DNA from: Catajapyx aquilonaris
Lineage: Eukaryota
Length of the DNA: 56,416 nt
NCBI GenBank assembly: GCA_000934665.2
Contig: JYFJ02002467.1
Location: 1-56,416 of the forward strand
Direction: 5' to 3'
Shown: piece after piece, positions 1 to 11,800 of the stretch
Position numbering within the stretch: the first letter of the stretch is position 1
Layout: every line of letters starts with the position of its first letter
Notes under the pieces: generated by a model
The model's database searches: none
What the model was told of the DNA's origin: nothing
What the model saw: only the letters and a program-made list of their open reading frames with translations
Translations under genes and position numbers: made by a program

Positions 1-1250
1 CTATCCAAATAAGCTTAAAAGGCAGCGCATTATGCTCAGAGTGGATTTCCTGATGGGTGCGACTTAATCTCATTAGGTGTGTTTGTGACCATATACGAGT
101 CTGCTGATGTCACATATTTACTTATCCTCATGGGCACGCAATCTTATCGCACTTTTCCTGATACAACTACGCACGACCTTCCAGCCAGTGCAATCCACCC
201 AGCTACACACCAGGCGGGAAATAATAAATCAGCCTTGCATAACAATTTTCTTCCCCATCTTCCACACACGCACGCGCACACACAATTGAGAATGGGGCGT
301 ACGTAGATAACGAACAGTAAAAAAAAAAACTGTGTTTATTTTGGTGAGATGCGCAAAACCCCACCAGCAGTGCAGACATCCTGGTAGGTTATATTTCGGA
401 GCCTTTTGTTCTTGGTCGCTTCCCTCCCGCAGAGCTGTTGGGACACTTGCCAACCAAACTTTGCCATTATATGACGACACACACGCCCAGGCTCACATTC
501 CTCCTGCCCTTTTTTGGCAGGTGCAGAAATTAGCCGCGCCCGGATCTACCTGTCATTTCCTCCAAGAGCGCTGGAGGTGACGGTCGCAGGTTTGTGTGTC
601 TCTCTCTGTACATTTCAAAGCTGTGGGATACAGTGAGAGAACCATCCAGGTTTACCCGGGAACATCCGTTAGTTACTGGCGGATCACCACCACCGTTACT
701 GGGCAGCCAATGACGACATTACAGTTCAACCGTCGCTGGATGATGGATACCCTGCCTGCACCTGCTTTAAGCCACAGTGAAAACTGTCCGGATTTTTGTC
801 GCCCCCAAGTTTGAGAGAAGTGTTAAAACACCCCCCCGTTTTTTTGTTGTTTTTTTTTAAGCAGACAGCACATTTCCACTCTGGTGACTTTGGACAGGGT
901 CCAACTACAACATTTTCCCCTTCGAAATGTCAGTGCTGCTATGACAAAGAGTCCAGTATCAATAAAGTAACCGCGGTTCTCGACAGTATCAGCGATTCTC
1001 AGGTCCGATACATCCAGCACATAAAAGCCATGTGGCCTTTTTCCTCCTCCTCAACAAACCGGATTTGTTTGTCTCGTTCCAACTTCAATAACACAACCAG
1101 AACTGCGATAACCGTTAGGGCATGGCAGCAGATGTACCTTGAAAATCTCCCCCTCCTCTCCTTTTTCCTTCTGTACTGTTCAGTGTGTGTGTAGAGAGAA
1201 GTGCATTGCTCCAAAACCAGTTCCTCTGGATAACTGGACCGAGTTCAAAT

Positions 1251-1270
1251 CTCTCTCTCTCTCTCTCTCT
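1251..1270. repeat. (CT)10 microsatellite
   Basis: Read directly from the sequence. Confidence 0.9.
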
Positions 1271-3020
1271 TCAAGGGCCAGTCGCATAGCGATTCAATTT
1301 TTGCAAAGAGTCCAGAAGCGCAATCACGCCTTCCTTGTCCAACTTCGTGTGCCGTTAATTTCCACAGCCTTGCCATACATCTTGCAAACGGCCCAACTTT
1401 TTTTTAGCAGGTTCATCCCGTTTATTCTTCGTAATCTGCTGGTTGGTGGTGCAGTCTGTTTGTGTCGCATTTCGCAACATTCTCGGATCCATACAATGTG
1501 TGTTGTTATCATTATGGGCATTTTTTTTGCGAATTCCAAGTTCGCCGCAATTCCGGCCACGTCGTGGCGTATATGAACCACCAGAGTTTCATCCCGGGCA
1601 TCTGGCTTTGAGAAAACCGAGCGCATTGTTTTTCCTTCCGCGTTTTCTCTTCCTTCCAGAGTCCGGAGAATCGGCCACCTGCGTGACTCAAACCATACTC
1701 CGGGCCTGCTCTATAGGGATTTTCAATTAGGCTGATTGGGATGCAGGAACTGCCCCACCTGTTACAGTCCCCCACCAATTTACCTGCTGCTCCGGAGAAA
1801 GCCAATGGCCTTTTTCCTCCCCCATATAAAAATCCATAAGCGATTTGAATCCTCAATTACAACCGTGTAATGCCCCGAATCGAGTACACCTGCAAATTCC
1901 TTCCAATCGGGCGATTACCAGAAACGAGGTCCCATAACTCACTTTTAATCCCCCTCCCCCCCTCCAGTCGACGCTGCCTCATTTGGAAAATTGCTCAGAC
2001 TTTGCATTTTTTTTCTCCAACAAGTTTTCCAACCCCACCCACTCACCCCCGCATCAAGGCATGAATGGAAGAACTTCTTTTGCGCAGAAAGGCGGGACCC
2101 TAAAACGTGCGCAGGACAGATACAACTCCCGGAGAAAATCCGAGGGGGGGAAGATGGTACACATGCCCTCTCCCAACACTTCCTTAGCTGGAAGCCCAAA
2201 ATTTGCACCCTGGCATTCAAATAAAACCGGGATCTGACTATAAACGGTGTATGTCCTCCTATGTGTGTCTGCAGGGGTTGGTACCGATCTTCCCTGCAGT
2301 TCTCTCCACGTCGGCGCAGCAACATACACCAAATTCAACCCCTCCCAACTCCCCCTGGAGACGGGGGAGAAAAAAAATTGCCTGACAGCGTAGCTTGCGC
2401 AGACGTCCGACTGTATTATACACCAGTATTGATTCACGTTGGAGAACTTTTGGTGGTGGGGAGGGCAGATGATCTCACACGCACGGGGGAATCCATTCCT
2501 CATTGCAAATTCATGCAGTTGTAACCATTCCGACCTATAAACCGGTGAGGGTGGGCCCGACTCACCAATTCTTCAAAGCATTTCCCCTCCCATCCGGATC
2601 ACTGTCATTGGACTAGCTCTACAGACACTCATTTGTCCTCCCCTATCAAAATGTCTCCATTTGCAATTCCATTACCTGAACAATTGCTGACAAACCGTCC
2701 CCGCAAGCAATCAATCTATTTGCTTACTCCAAATAAAGCGCTCTCTTTTTGCTGTTGTTGTTTTTATTCAACCCCCAGTGCCTGTTCCAAGCGGCATAAA
2801 CCGCAAGGGTTTATGGCCCGGAAAACATGCAGTACACATTTCTCGAGCTGGCATGTATGGCGCCGGCGCCTGTGCCCTCCAGCTCTCACTTCTGGATGAT
2901 TGGGGCGTGGATGCACTCTGGAGGATCACTGCCCCACCCTGGCAGGGTCAGTCCCACGTGATTGGATAGGTACACCCATCATATGCCCTCTGACTTATCT
3001 AGGTCATCAGGAAGACTCAC

Positions 3021-3203
3021 CTTGGTGACCTGGACTTGGAGGAGAGCGACCTGGACCTGGACCGACTCGAGTTGGAGCTTGTTGAACTGCTATCCGAATG
3101 GCTGGAGCTGGAGCTGGAGCGGGAATGGCTGGACCTCGACCGAGAGTGCGACCTGGAGCCACTGCTTCTCGACCGCGACTCCGACCCAGAGTCACTCGCC
3201 GAC
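3021..3203 (-). CDS. spen: spen coding exon 5 (183 nt): RS/Ser-rich tract SASDSGSESRSRSSGSRSHSRSRSS...SRSRSRSLSSKSRSP(R)
   Basis: Acceptor TTGTTTGTTGCAG| at 3204, donor AAG|GTGAGT at 3021/3020. Phase 2-2. Corresponds to the SRSRSSSS tract found just before RRM2 in SPEN. Confidence 0.92.
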
Positions 3204-5653
3204 CTGCAACAAACAAGATGCATTACTAGTACACACACACACTACAACTATTCTGAGAACAACCCCTCCCATCCCAAGGGAATGCCAGAGCTATTGTCAG
3301 TCGTTGGCAGTGTTTACGGATTCCTGCGCCATGTGCGACGTTGGGCACTGGCACTCACATTTGGTGGCCATATCTCGGCGCACCACGGGGGATGCAGCAT
3401 CCAGTGGCCGTCGTCGCGCTTCATTTGAGACACACTGCCGCCGACTTCTTCGTCTCTTCCTTCCTTCCACACCCCTCCTCCCCACCCCACTTTGGGTCTC
3501 TCCCCACCACCACCACCACCACCCTTCCAGCCCGCCCCCGGACACTCCCCTGCCATCGCCCAGCCTCCGGTCTCTGATTTCCAGTAGCAACGTCAACGTG
3601 GCAACCGACCGGGAAAACGTCAGCAACAACTATTCCCTCGCTATAGCAACCAACACGTGGGCTCGATATTGTCCCTTTCAAGCCTTCCAGGTATTATGTA
3701 ATGAGTCGGAGCGGGTTGGACGGAAGGGGCTGTGCAGAAAAGGAAGGGAGGGAGGGAGGGGAGCGAAAGTGGATGGAGGGTTGTTATAATAACACCAGTT
3801 TTTGAATAGGTCATTTGGAGGTCAGAGCCTTGCGCGCACTTTCACACGAAGGGAACATGAACCGCACAAAAATTCTCTCTCGTTTTTTTCCCCACCTTCT
3901 AAAGCCATATCTGGTTGCGAGCTTTGGAACCAATCCAAAGCTCCGGCCACCTTTTGTGAAACCACCACATACCAGGTTTAATTGCCGCATTACCCCACGG
4001 CGGTAAGCACCGGGTTAATCGTCGGCTGTGACACGTAACTGCCTCATCGCATTCCCATATGTACACACGGGGCATGTGACGTTACCCGCATCTCTCCGCG
4101 AGATACCACCCACCCTCATTAAAACCGACGTGCCTTCTGGTCACACTTTTTCTCCCATCTACTCAATTAGTCACACATGAACATGCCCAACCTCGTCAAA
4201 ACGTATGTTTCCGACATTTCAGCCCCCCCAAAAAATTTGAATCCCTAGCTCTTGTCACCAAGCGTCGAAACCAGGCGAAAAGGGGTCACAATAGAACCCT
4301 TGCATATCTTTTTGGCGAATCCCACTCCCGCAAAAATGGCAGCCAGCTCCCCCCCTATACCTAGACAGGGGAACGTCAAGTGCAATGCTGCTGACATGGA
4401 TAATACATAATGCCCACCCCTCCGCCCCACCTTTTTTTTCCCCCGGGCATCAAAGGGCTGCCCCACCATGAAAAGAGAACCGGGGATGAACTCGGGCAGT
4501 GTTGGAAGTGAAAAGCACCAAAAAGGGGTAGGGGATGTGTGTGTGTATGCATAAGCTTCCCTCCCCATACCATACACGCCCTGGTTGCATCCCATTGTCA
4601 GGGTGTGACGTCAGCTGCTTTCAGAAGTGGGTCCGGATGATTTGAAAGCAGATTTCCCCCCCTCCATCCCCCCCCCTTGTCAAAGCCCCACAAAAATCGG
4701 GGCTCCCCAGTTTTCCTTTTTTCAAGACGAATTGGAGAAGGATTTTTATGATAGGATTTTTGCAGAAAACACTGCGCAGTTTTCCGTACTGCCGCAAAGA
4801 AATAATTCCCCAGGCGAGCTTGCAAACCCACGCTCCTGTCTGAACAAGCAGTATTGCAGGTTTCAGGTATATTCGGGAAAAAGGGGGGGGGGGGATGGAA
4901 AAATGATCAAACGGGAACGTTTGATTCATTACAGACGCCGAATAAGGACTGTCGGGAAGCACCCAATAAAACTTGCAAATGCTCCGCATGTCTAATCGGA
5001 TTATAGTCGATTGCGAGGGTTTCTAAGAAGTTTTCTGCAGGTTCAGAGTATATATGGCAGGGGCATTAGGCGTCGACCTGGAAACGCCACCCACACGAAC
5101 TCCCAGGCGATAGTCTGCTCTCAACAACAGGCTCAAAACCCAAATTTTTATTAATAAACGAATTAGGCTCAAGTTCCGAGCACAGCTTATATCTTCAAAA
5201 GAACGTTGGTTTCAATTTAGTGCCAGCTTCACATCCGGAGCATATATATACGCATTGTACTCGCACCAAATCAATGAACATCCTCATTTTTGCAACCAAT
5301 CTGTTATGCACATCAACAGGTATTTGATTGAGTTTCTGCTTCGAAAAAAATATATAAAGAGCTCCTGCAAACTGCGCAGAAGGTGTCGTGATGCGAATCT
5401 GCGGGTGCCAGGCAACCGGTAGGTGAACCTTACACAGCCATCAGATCTTATTATCCTTATCAATACCGCCCTGATGTGTTCAGAAGGCCAGTCCTTGTTG
5501 ACTCCGGTTACCATGGATCTCTCGGTCCGGGACACCTAGCTCTCCAGCTAGGACACGTCCTTTTGCCCCCCATTTTTCTCTCTCTATAAGAGCTCTCTCC
5601 ATCTCTGCTCTGCGAAAGGCTAATTTTGGCCAACTTACATCGCAGACCGACAG

Positions 5654-5667
5654 GTTGCCACGGCAAC
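5654..5667. promoter_or_regulatory. Palindromic RFX X-box motif GTTGCCACGGCAAC in intron 4
   Basis: Matches GTNRCC-N2-RGYAAC with both half-sites perfect. Motif match only, no functional evidence. Confidence 0.3.
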
Positions 5668-7982
5668 AGTCCGTACACATCCTGCCTATTATCCACTTGC
5701 TTTTCAGAAGTCCTCGACGACGAGAAAAACATCAAACAAGGGCCTTCATCGCCCAGGCGTATATAGCTACTGCGTCTCCCATACATTCCGAATATTGGCA
5801 CACTATATTTTTATACACGAAAATTTACAGGGCCAGTCGCACCACCTGGACGTTTTAATAATGACAACCCTTATTACATTCCCCATCTAACCAATCCCCA
5901 CCCTCTCAAAACCACATATACTACAGCAGGCACGATTCCCATGACAACTCCAGCTCTTTTAGCTGTCCCAATCGATCAATACTTCAAGTCCCAGATACAG
6001 CTACAACATGCAAAAAAAAGAGCAACATAGGATATTACACTTTCCGCACGTGTATATGACTGATTCTGCGTGATCAACAAAAATTAATATATGGCTGGGG
6101 GGACAGTTTTGGTTTTTTTATTACCGCTGAACAACCGAAACACGCGACACGCTCGAACCAGTTTGATTTATGGTGGAATTGACCAAAAAGAGAGATGCGG
6201 GCACAATTATTGCATCATCGCCAAACAAGAATGGTTGTTGGCCCTCTTGTTTTTGCGGTAATTTCTATTTGTGCCGGTCAACCATTTGTGAGGTCAGCTG
6301 ACGTGTGTATACAAATGGCAGGCAGACATCAGGGGGCTTAATCGGCCAGCTGCCTAAGTCACCCGGGGTAGGAAGAAGGGCTTCGAATGCTAATTTTCCA
6401 ACTGAGGGAAGGAGGGGACGTACGTACAGGATCGATTGTTGTCAGAAAGTCTGGTCACGTCGGTACTTTCCCTTCCTCGTAACATGCTCAGACATATGAA
6501 TGACGAGCAGACACGTGATTACCACGTTTCTGTGTGTCCCCCCCCCCCCCCNCCCTCTTTTTGGACAGAAAATTTTCAATTAGTGCTACTGTCCGCATGT
6601 GGAATGTTTCGCGTGCAATCAGTCATTGCAATTCCTATCCTATATTGCGCAGCTGCATTCATATTTTAGAGGCCGAATCAGGAGAAAATTATAGCGTTGC
6701 CTTGGAGGGGGCAGGACAAATTTGTCGACTGGAAGGTTATCGTTTATGCCTTTTTGTCTCCCCAGCAAATAGAGACTGCGAATGGAAGGCCTTCGTTGGA
6801 TAAATGAAACGTTAAGAAAAATGTAAGGGCGTTTCGTTTTTCACGCTTGGTGGTACCGCACACAATGCGGTTTACTTCCTAGAATATATGCTTTTAGCCC
6901 GAAAAGATAGTGTTCTTGGAGTGGCACATTCCACGCCTGCGATTATATTATGTGCCGACCTCCATTCACAAAACACATACATGGCTCTTGAGGGTTACGT
7001 CAACATCCCCAGTAAATACTGCATGGCATCGCCTGCACGAACAGTTTCCGTGTTGTTTCCTCTTCGGAAAGGAATTTTTCGCCAGTGACGCCGTAATCCA
7101 ACGTGTCGTAAACAAATACAAACGCGTACGGCCTGGTACGCCCCATTATTTAACCTAGCCCTCCTGCTGCCGTTGTTTACAGACTTTGGATATTTTTGAA
7201 CAGGTCAAGACTGTCGATAAGAGTCAGCAGGCGTGGTGTTGAGGGAGTTACATAACGCCCCAGTTTCCATATTAGCACCATCGATATAGCTGTACTGGCG
7301 TCACATTCGGGCATATAATTATACCCCGCGACCTTCTCCGCCCTTCGCCCCCTTGTAACATCCCCAGGCTGCGCTCTACAAGACCTATATCCCCGCAACT
7401 CGCAAAACGACTTGAAACAGTCCCCAGCAATTGGCTGACATTATAACCCATTCCAAACGCCGCCCACCAAAATTGCCCGCCATCTGAACCCACGCCCCAT
7501 GTTATCTGTCCCGGTGTCATGTCTCACGCGCAAAATGTTTGCATGACAATGTAGCGTACCGCAGACAAAACATCGTGTGCAGTCTAAACACATGGCACTT
7601 TCTGAGAAACCAGAGCTACTGTCAAAAATAAATGGCCCCCTTTTTCCTTGTTGTGACACCCAGGACGTCCAACCTGACAGGTCCCATAGCAATTTGTAAA
7701 CTCTTTACACGTGCTATTGAGTGACACCGACTTTCAGTATAATCAGATAGAAGACGCCCACTACTTTATACGTCTAGGTATTCCCTGCATCACCAGCACA
7801 TGGCTACAGGTTGGGCAGGCACATCTCAAGTAACCTGCACCAAGCTTTGGAGGCAAACCCATACCAAACATGTCAACGCCGTCCAGCTCTGGCATCCAGC
7901 AAACAAAAACCCCGGTCAACAACACGGCGTCGACAATAATATTTACGCCAGACACGAACACTGAAAGTGAAAGTCCTCTCAC

Positions 7983-8156
7983 CTTGATTTCCGCCGCCTC
8001 TTCTTCCGACTCTTCCCGTCACTCTGGGCCACGGGGGAGTCCCTCCTTGTCCCTTTGCTGGACACGGAATCCCGGTCCTCCAGGTACTGCTCTCCGAACC
8101 TCTGTCCACCCTCGTAGCCCCACGAGTTCAGCGCTCGGTAGTGTCCACCTTGCGCT
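7983..8156 (-). CDS. spen: spen coding exon 4 (174 nt): AQGGHYRALNSWGYEGGQRFGEQYLEDRDSVSSKGTRRDSPVAQSDGKSRKKRRRKS(R), with NLS-like RKKRRRK
   Basis: Strong acceptor TTTTTTTTTCTCTCCAG| at 8157, donor AAG|GTGAGA at 7983/7982. Phase 2-2 and stop-free in the frame required by exon 3. That frame is not shown in the ORF track. Confidence 0.88.
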
Positions 8157-8820
8157 CTGGAGAGAAAAAAAAACGCAGGGGGATCCGAGGTTAGTCACCA
8201 TCCGTTGTGGGGAGGAAAACAAACACTCCCACCCAATTTATTATGTCTGCAACCCCAGCTTGTAAGCATCCGCGGACAAAAGGGACAGGGCGTGAGTTGG
8301 CGCCGTTTGAATGGAGAATTTATTTAAAAAAATAGCCACCTGTGCCAGGAAGTGATGAGTCACAGTGCGATACCCCCAGACATCAATGGAAAACACACAT
8401 CGGAAAAAGACGAGGACCCTGTCCTCAACCGTGCATCTGACAGGACTAGCCTTTGTCGAAAATCCCCCGACCTCCCAAAGTGGTCCTGATGCCTGCTCCA
8501 TCCATCACCCGGGTTGTAAACTGGAGGCCCCCCATCTACTTCTGAGACAATTCGCAGCAAGGGAGAAACTGGGTTGATTGCTTCCTTTCCCAAAAAATCA
8601 GCCAGATTACCGGACACAATGGAGTGGTTCACACCTGCCCTTTTCTTCTTATCCGCTATCGCCCATTTCAACAAAGAGCTGGACAATTGAGACGATTTTC
8701 TTCCCGCTTATTTTAACTTTTTTGGTAGCCTCTTGTCCCGGAATCACAATGGCACGTGACGCAACACAACCCGGAAAGACATCATCTTGACACAAACCCA
8801 CCCTATTCCGAAATGGTAAA

Positions 8821-8839
8821 ACACACACACACACACACA
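8821..8839. repeat. (AC)9 microsatellite
   Basis: Read directly from the sequence. Confidence 0.9.
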
Positions 8840-11800
8840 AAGTTGCTGCAGCTCCAGCCTCACACCAAATGAACAAGCCGTGTAATTTTTATGAAAAAGG
8901 GCCCTCTAGTGTGGGCAGTTCAAGTGTTACGGAGAACCCCCTCGGGTATTGTATTACGTACGCACTCGCATTCCACTTCCATTGTCCTCCGCAACCAGAT
9001 TACGGCAGTTGACATTTATTTCCCCACACAGCTCACAACCGGTGTTTTATGGCGAGTTCATGGAAAGCATCGGCTTTTGGGCTGCTTTTTTGCCATGATC
9101 GAAAGCGCCATTTCTCAATAGCGTCAGTGTCGACACCGGTCGGAGGTCAGCAGTGTGGCAACAGTTTCGAGAGAGAAAAAACGGGACAGTGGCAACACCG
9201 TGGTCATTAAGCTGCCCTCAGGCTGAACCCTCCGGCAACAACCAGCAGGTTCATCGGCCACGATGCCAAAATTCCTGGTCCAACCCATCTGGAGAAAGGA
9301 ATTTTTTTCGTGGGTACGAGGGTGGCACCGTCACCAAATGTGGGCTCCCCCAAGGCCCTCCATATAGGAAAAAGGGTCGTGTCCCACATGGAGGGAAAAT
9401 GGGGAGGGGACCCTAACGAATTGCTTCCACGACTGTTTTCTTTCAGTCCCGCCTGACCTTGCTTCGGAAGGTTGAGGACGGGCTAGACAAGTACCTTCCC
9501 GCCCTTTTTTACCCCATCACAATGGAGCGTTTGTGGTATATTTGGCAGCCCTGCCTCTTTCCCTGGCTCCCAACTGGTTCAAAATCAGGCCAGGGTATGT
9601 ATCGCGGGGGTCCAAAAACCGCGTTGTGTTACGTCGTCGCTCATCCATTACCAGAACCCTCCCGACCGACTGACAATAATGGCGAATATTGTGGGCGGAC
9701 GCAACATGGAAATCCAATCCCTTTGGCAACTGATTGCATTACGATGTCACCCAAATCCCTCCCCCCCCCCCTTTCCCCCGGAAAAAACAAACCATGGCTC
9801 CTGGGAGTGACAAGGGGCGCCATTGCTGATTGTTCTCTCTCACTAATGAACGCCACTGTCAACAACGGAGACATCCCCTGCGTCATATTATCCCCTACAA
9901 TCCCCATGCCTTTTTTGGCACTACCCTAGCACAGCCTAGTAATGGAACACTACTTCTTGGAAATCATCTCGTGTCCTTCCAAAGTTTGCATGCAAAGCCG
10001 GGTTCAATCCTCCCATAAACACAATTTCCAAGTAACCTATCCCCAGAATCACATTTTTTCTCGACAACGCGATTGATATGGTCACAATAGGCCCAACAGG
10101 ATGTGGCTCATACCGGTACTGGTGCATTGTGATTGAATATTACAGAGCCACCCTAATTGAGCCCATTCGCGTGAAAATAATAGGCCTATTCTCTCCGTCG
10201 GATGTTTGTCCGACGTGATAGTATCACTGTCTCACACGACCTGAGGGTGGCGAGAGTATGCGCCATATATGCGTGAGGAACATACGTGGGAATAAATCGG
10301 CGGGTCAGCTTATTTTCAGTAGATTGCTATTGCCATAATTGTTATAGTTGCCAAATTTTGGCACCGGGTTCACTAGTATTACAGAGCCCATTTGGGTGAA
10401 ATTAAATACTTAAATAACGAGCATGGATTTTACGAACTGCTTGGAATTATTTCGCCTAAAGACGCTCGAAGGACGCTGTTTCGTCAACACCCCAGACAAG
10501 GACACAGGGGCTGCACCAGCTGATTTTACTAAAGTGAGAGATACTCGGTCCATAACTACCATCCGAGGACGTTATCACCACTTCCTATAAACGTCACGCG
10601 ACGCTCGGCTGCATAAAACCGCAGTCTACACACACCCACGGTGAGTCACTATTACTTCAGAGCGAAAACCCCCTCGAGGCATGCAAGCCAGGCCACGCCA
10701 TCTCTCAGGAAATGGGAGGAGCTGCATTTGAAAACGTGCGAGATGCGAACCCAGGATTTTTCTTTGAACGCCCGCTGAGCACATTTTCTCGCCCTGAAAG
10801 ATCAGCAGCATCCATCTTTCTCAAGAGGGCAGGGCCCTCCAGGTGGGCGGTGTTACCTGCTGCCAACCATGTCACTAACGCCTGTGACAGTTTGCCTTCA
10901 TTTCTCTCAGCCGGTTGGCAATTGGCCGGTACTTTTAATCATGTTATAATACCAGGTTCGTGAGCGGAGATCATGATTGGCTGCCTTAATTACTCTCTCT
11001 TTAAAAAATTTCCTGGTGCGCTTTTTGCACAACCGGGTCCATTCCCTCGCATGCCAACCTGCACGCCAAATCAATTTTGGCCAGCACAATAATAAGCTCC
11101 TAAAATAACACCCCATCCTCCCCATCCTCCCTTCAAGTGCGCTGCACATGTTAAGCCCACAATAATCCCACACCTGCCGTGCACATGAATGTAGGAAGAG
11201 TTCTGTTCGCCTCAGGGTCATCCCCGTAAACCTAAGTCTGTCAGCGGAATATTGCGTTATGTTCCCAGGCCAGACATAAGCCCATGCGAAAAAGACATAA
11301 AACCCCTCCGGATTACCAGGTTAAGGAGCCCCCATCAAGCCCCCCCCCCCCTTTTCTCCCCCAGAATCCCTCCAGGGAATGTACGGAGTCAGTCATTCTT
11401 TTTCAGGCCATTTTATCCGGACGTTTTCCTGCAGGATTCTGCAGCTTAGCAACAGGCAGCGCCGGCGCAACTAAAAACAGGTCGAGTCCCTCTTGTGCAG
11501 ATATTGCACTCTAACCCTTATGTACTCTACAAAAAAAAAGTTCCAGCAACAGAAAATCGCCCTCATAGTTGTTGCCTATAGACAATTTGCAAGGCAACGA
11601 ACCGAGGACCCCCGCTTCCTGAGACGCACCCACCGAAACTTCCGCGCTTCCAGTCAAAAACCTCATGCACCGGTCAGATGCCTCTCCGGCGCCATCATCT
11701 ATATATGTGAACTCGCGAAAAAAAAAAAAAAAGCGCACGCGAATCGTAACGTGGCGGCGGGCGGCTCCTCTAGACTGCAGTCCTGTATTGATCCTTGGGA

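Noticed and set aside
1..2040. Search for the SPEN RRM2 exon (expected ...V.NLP.RS.DTSLKDGLFHE.KK.GKV)
   Set aside because: No such peptide was found in minus-strand frames; the exon must lie outside the window.
2962..3789. 275-aa and 130-aa + strand ORFs (e.g. MEESDLDLDRLELELVELL...)
   Set aside because: Antisense shadows of the repetitive RS exon 5 and the adjacent low-complexity sequence.
10138..10400. 12-bp direct repeat TATTACAGAGCC with small internal hairpins
   Set aside because: No clear TIRs, tail or family signature; too weak to call an element.
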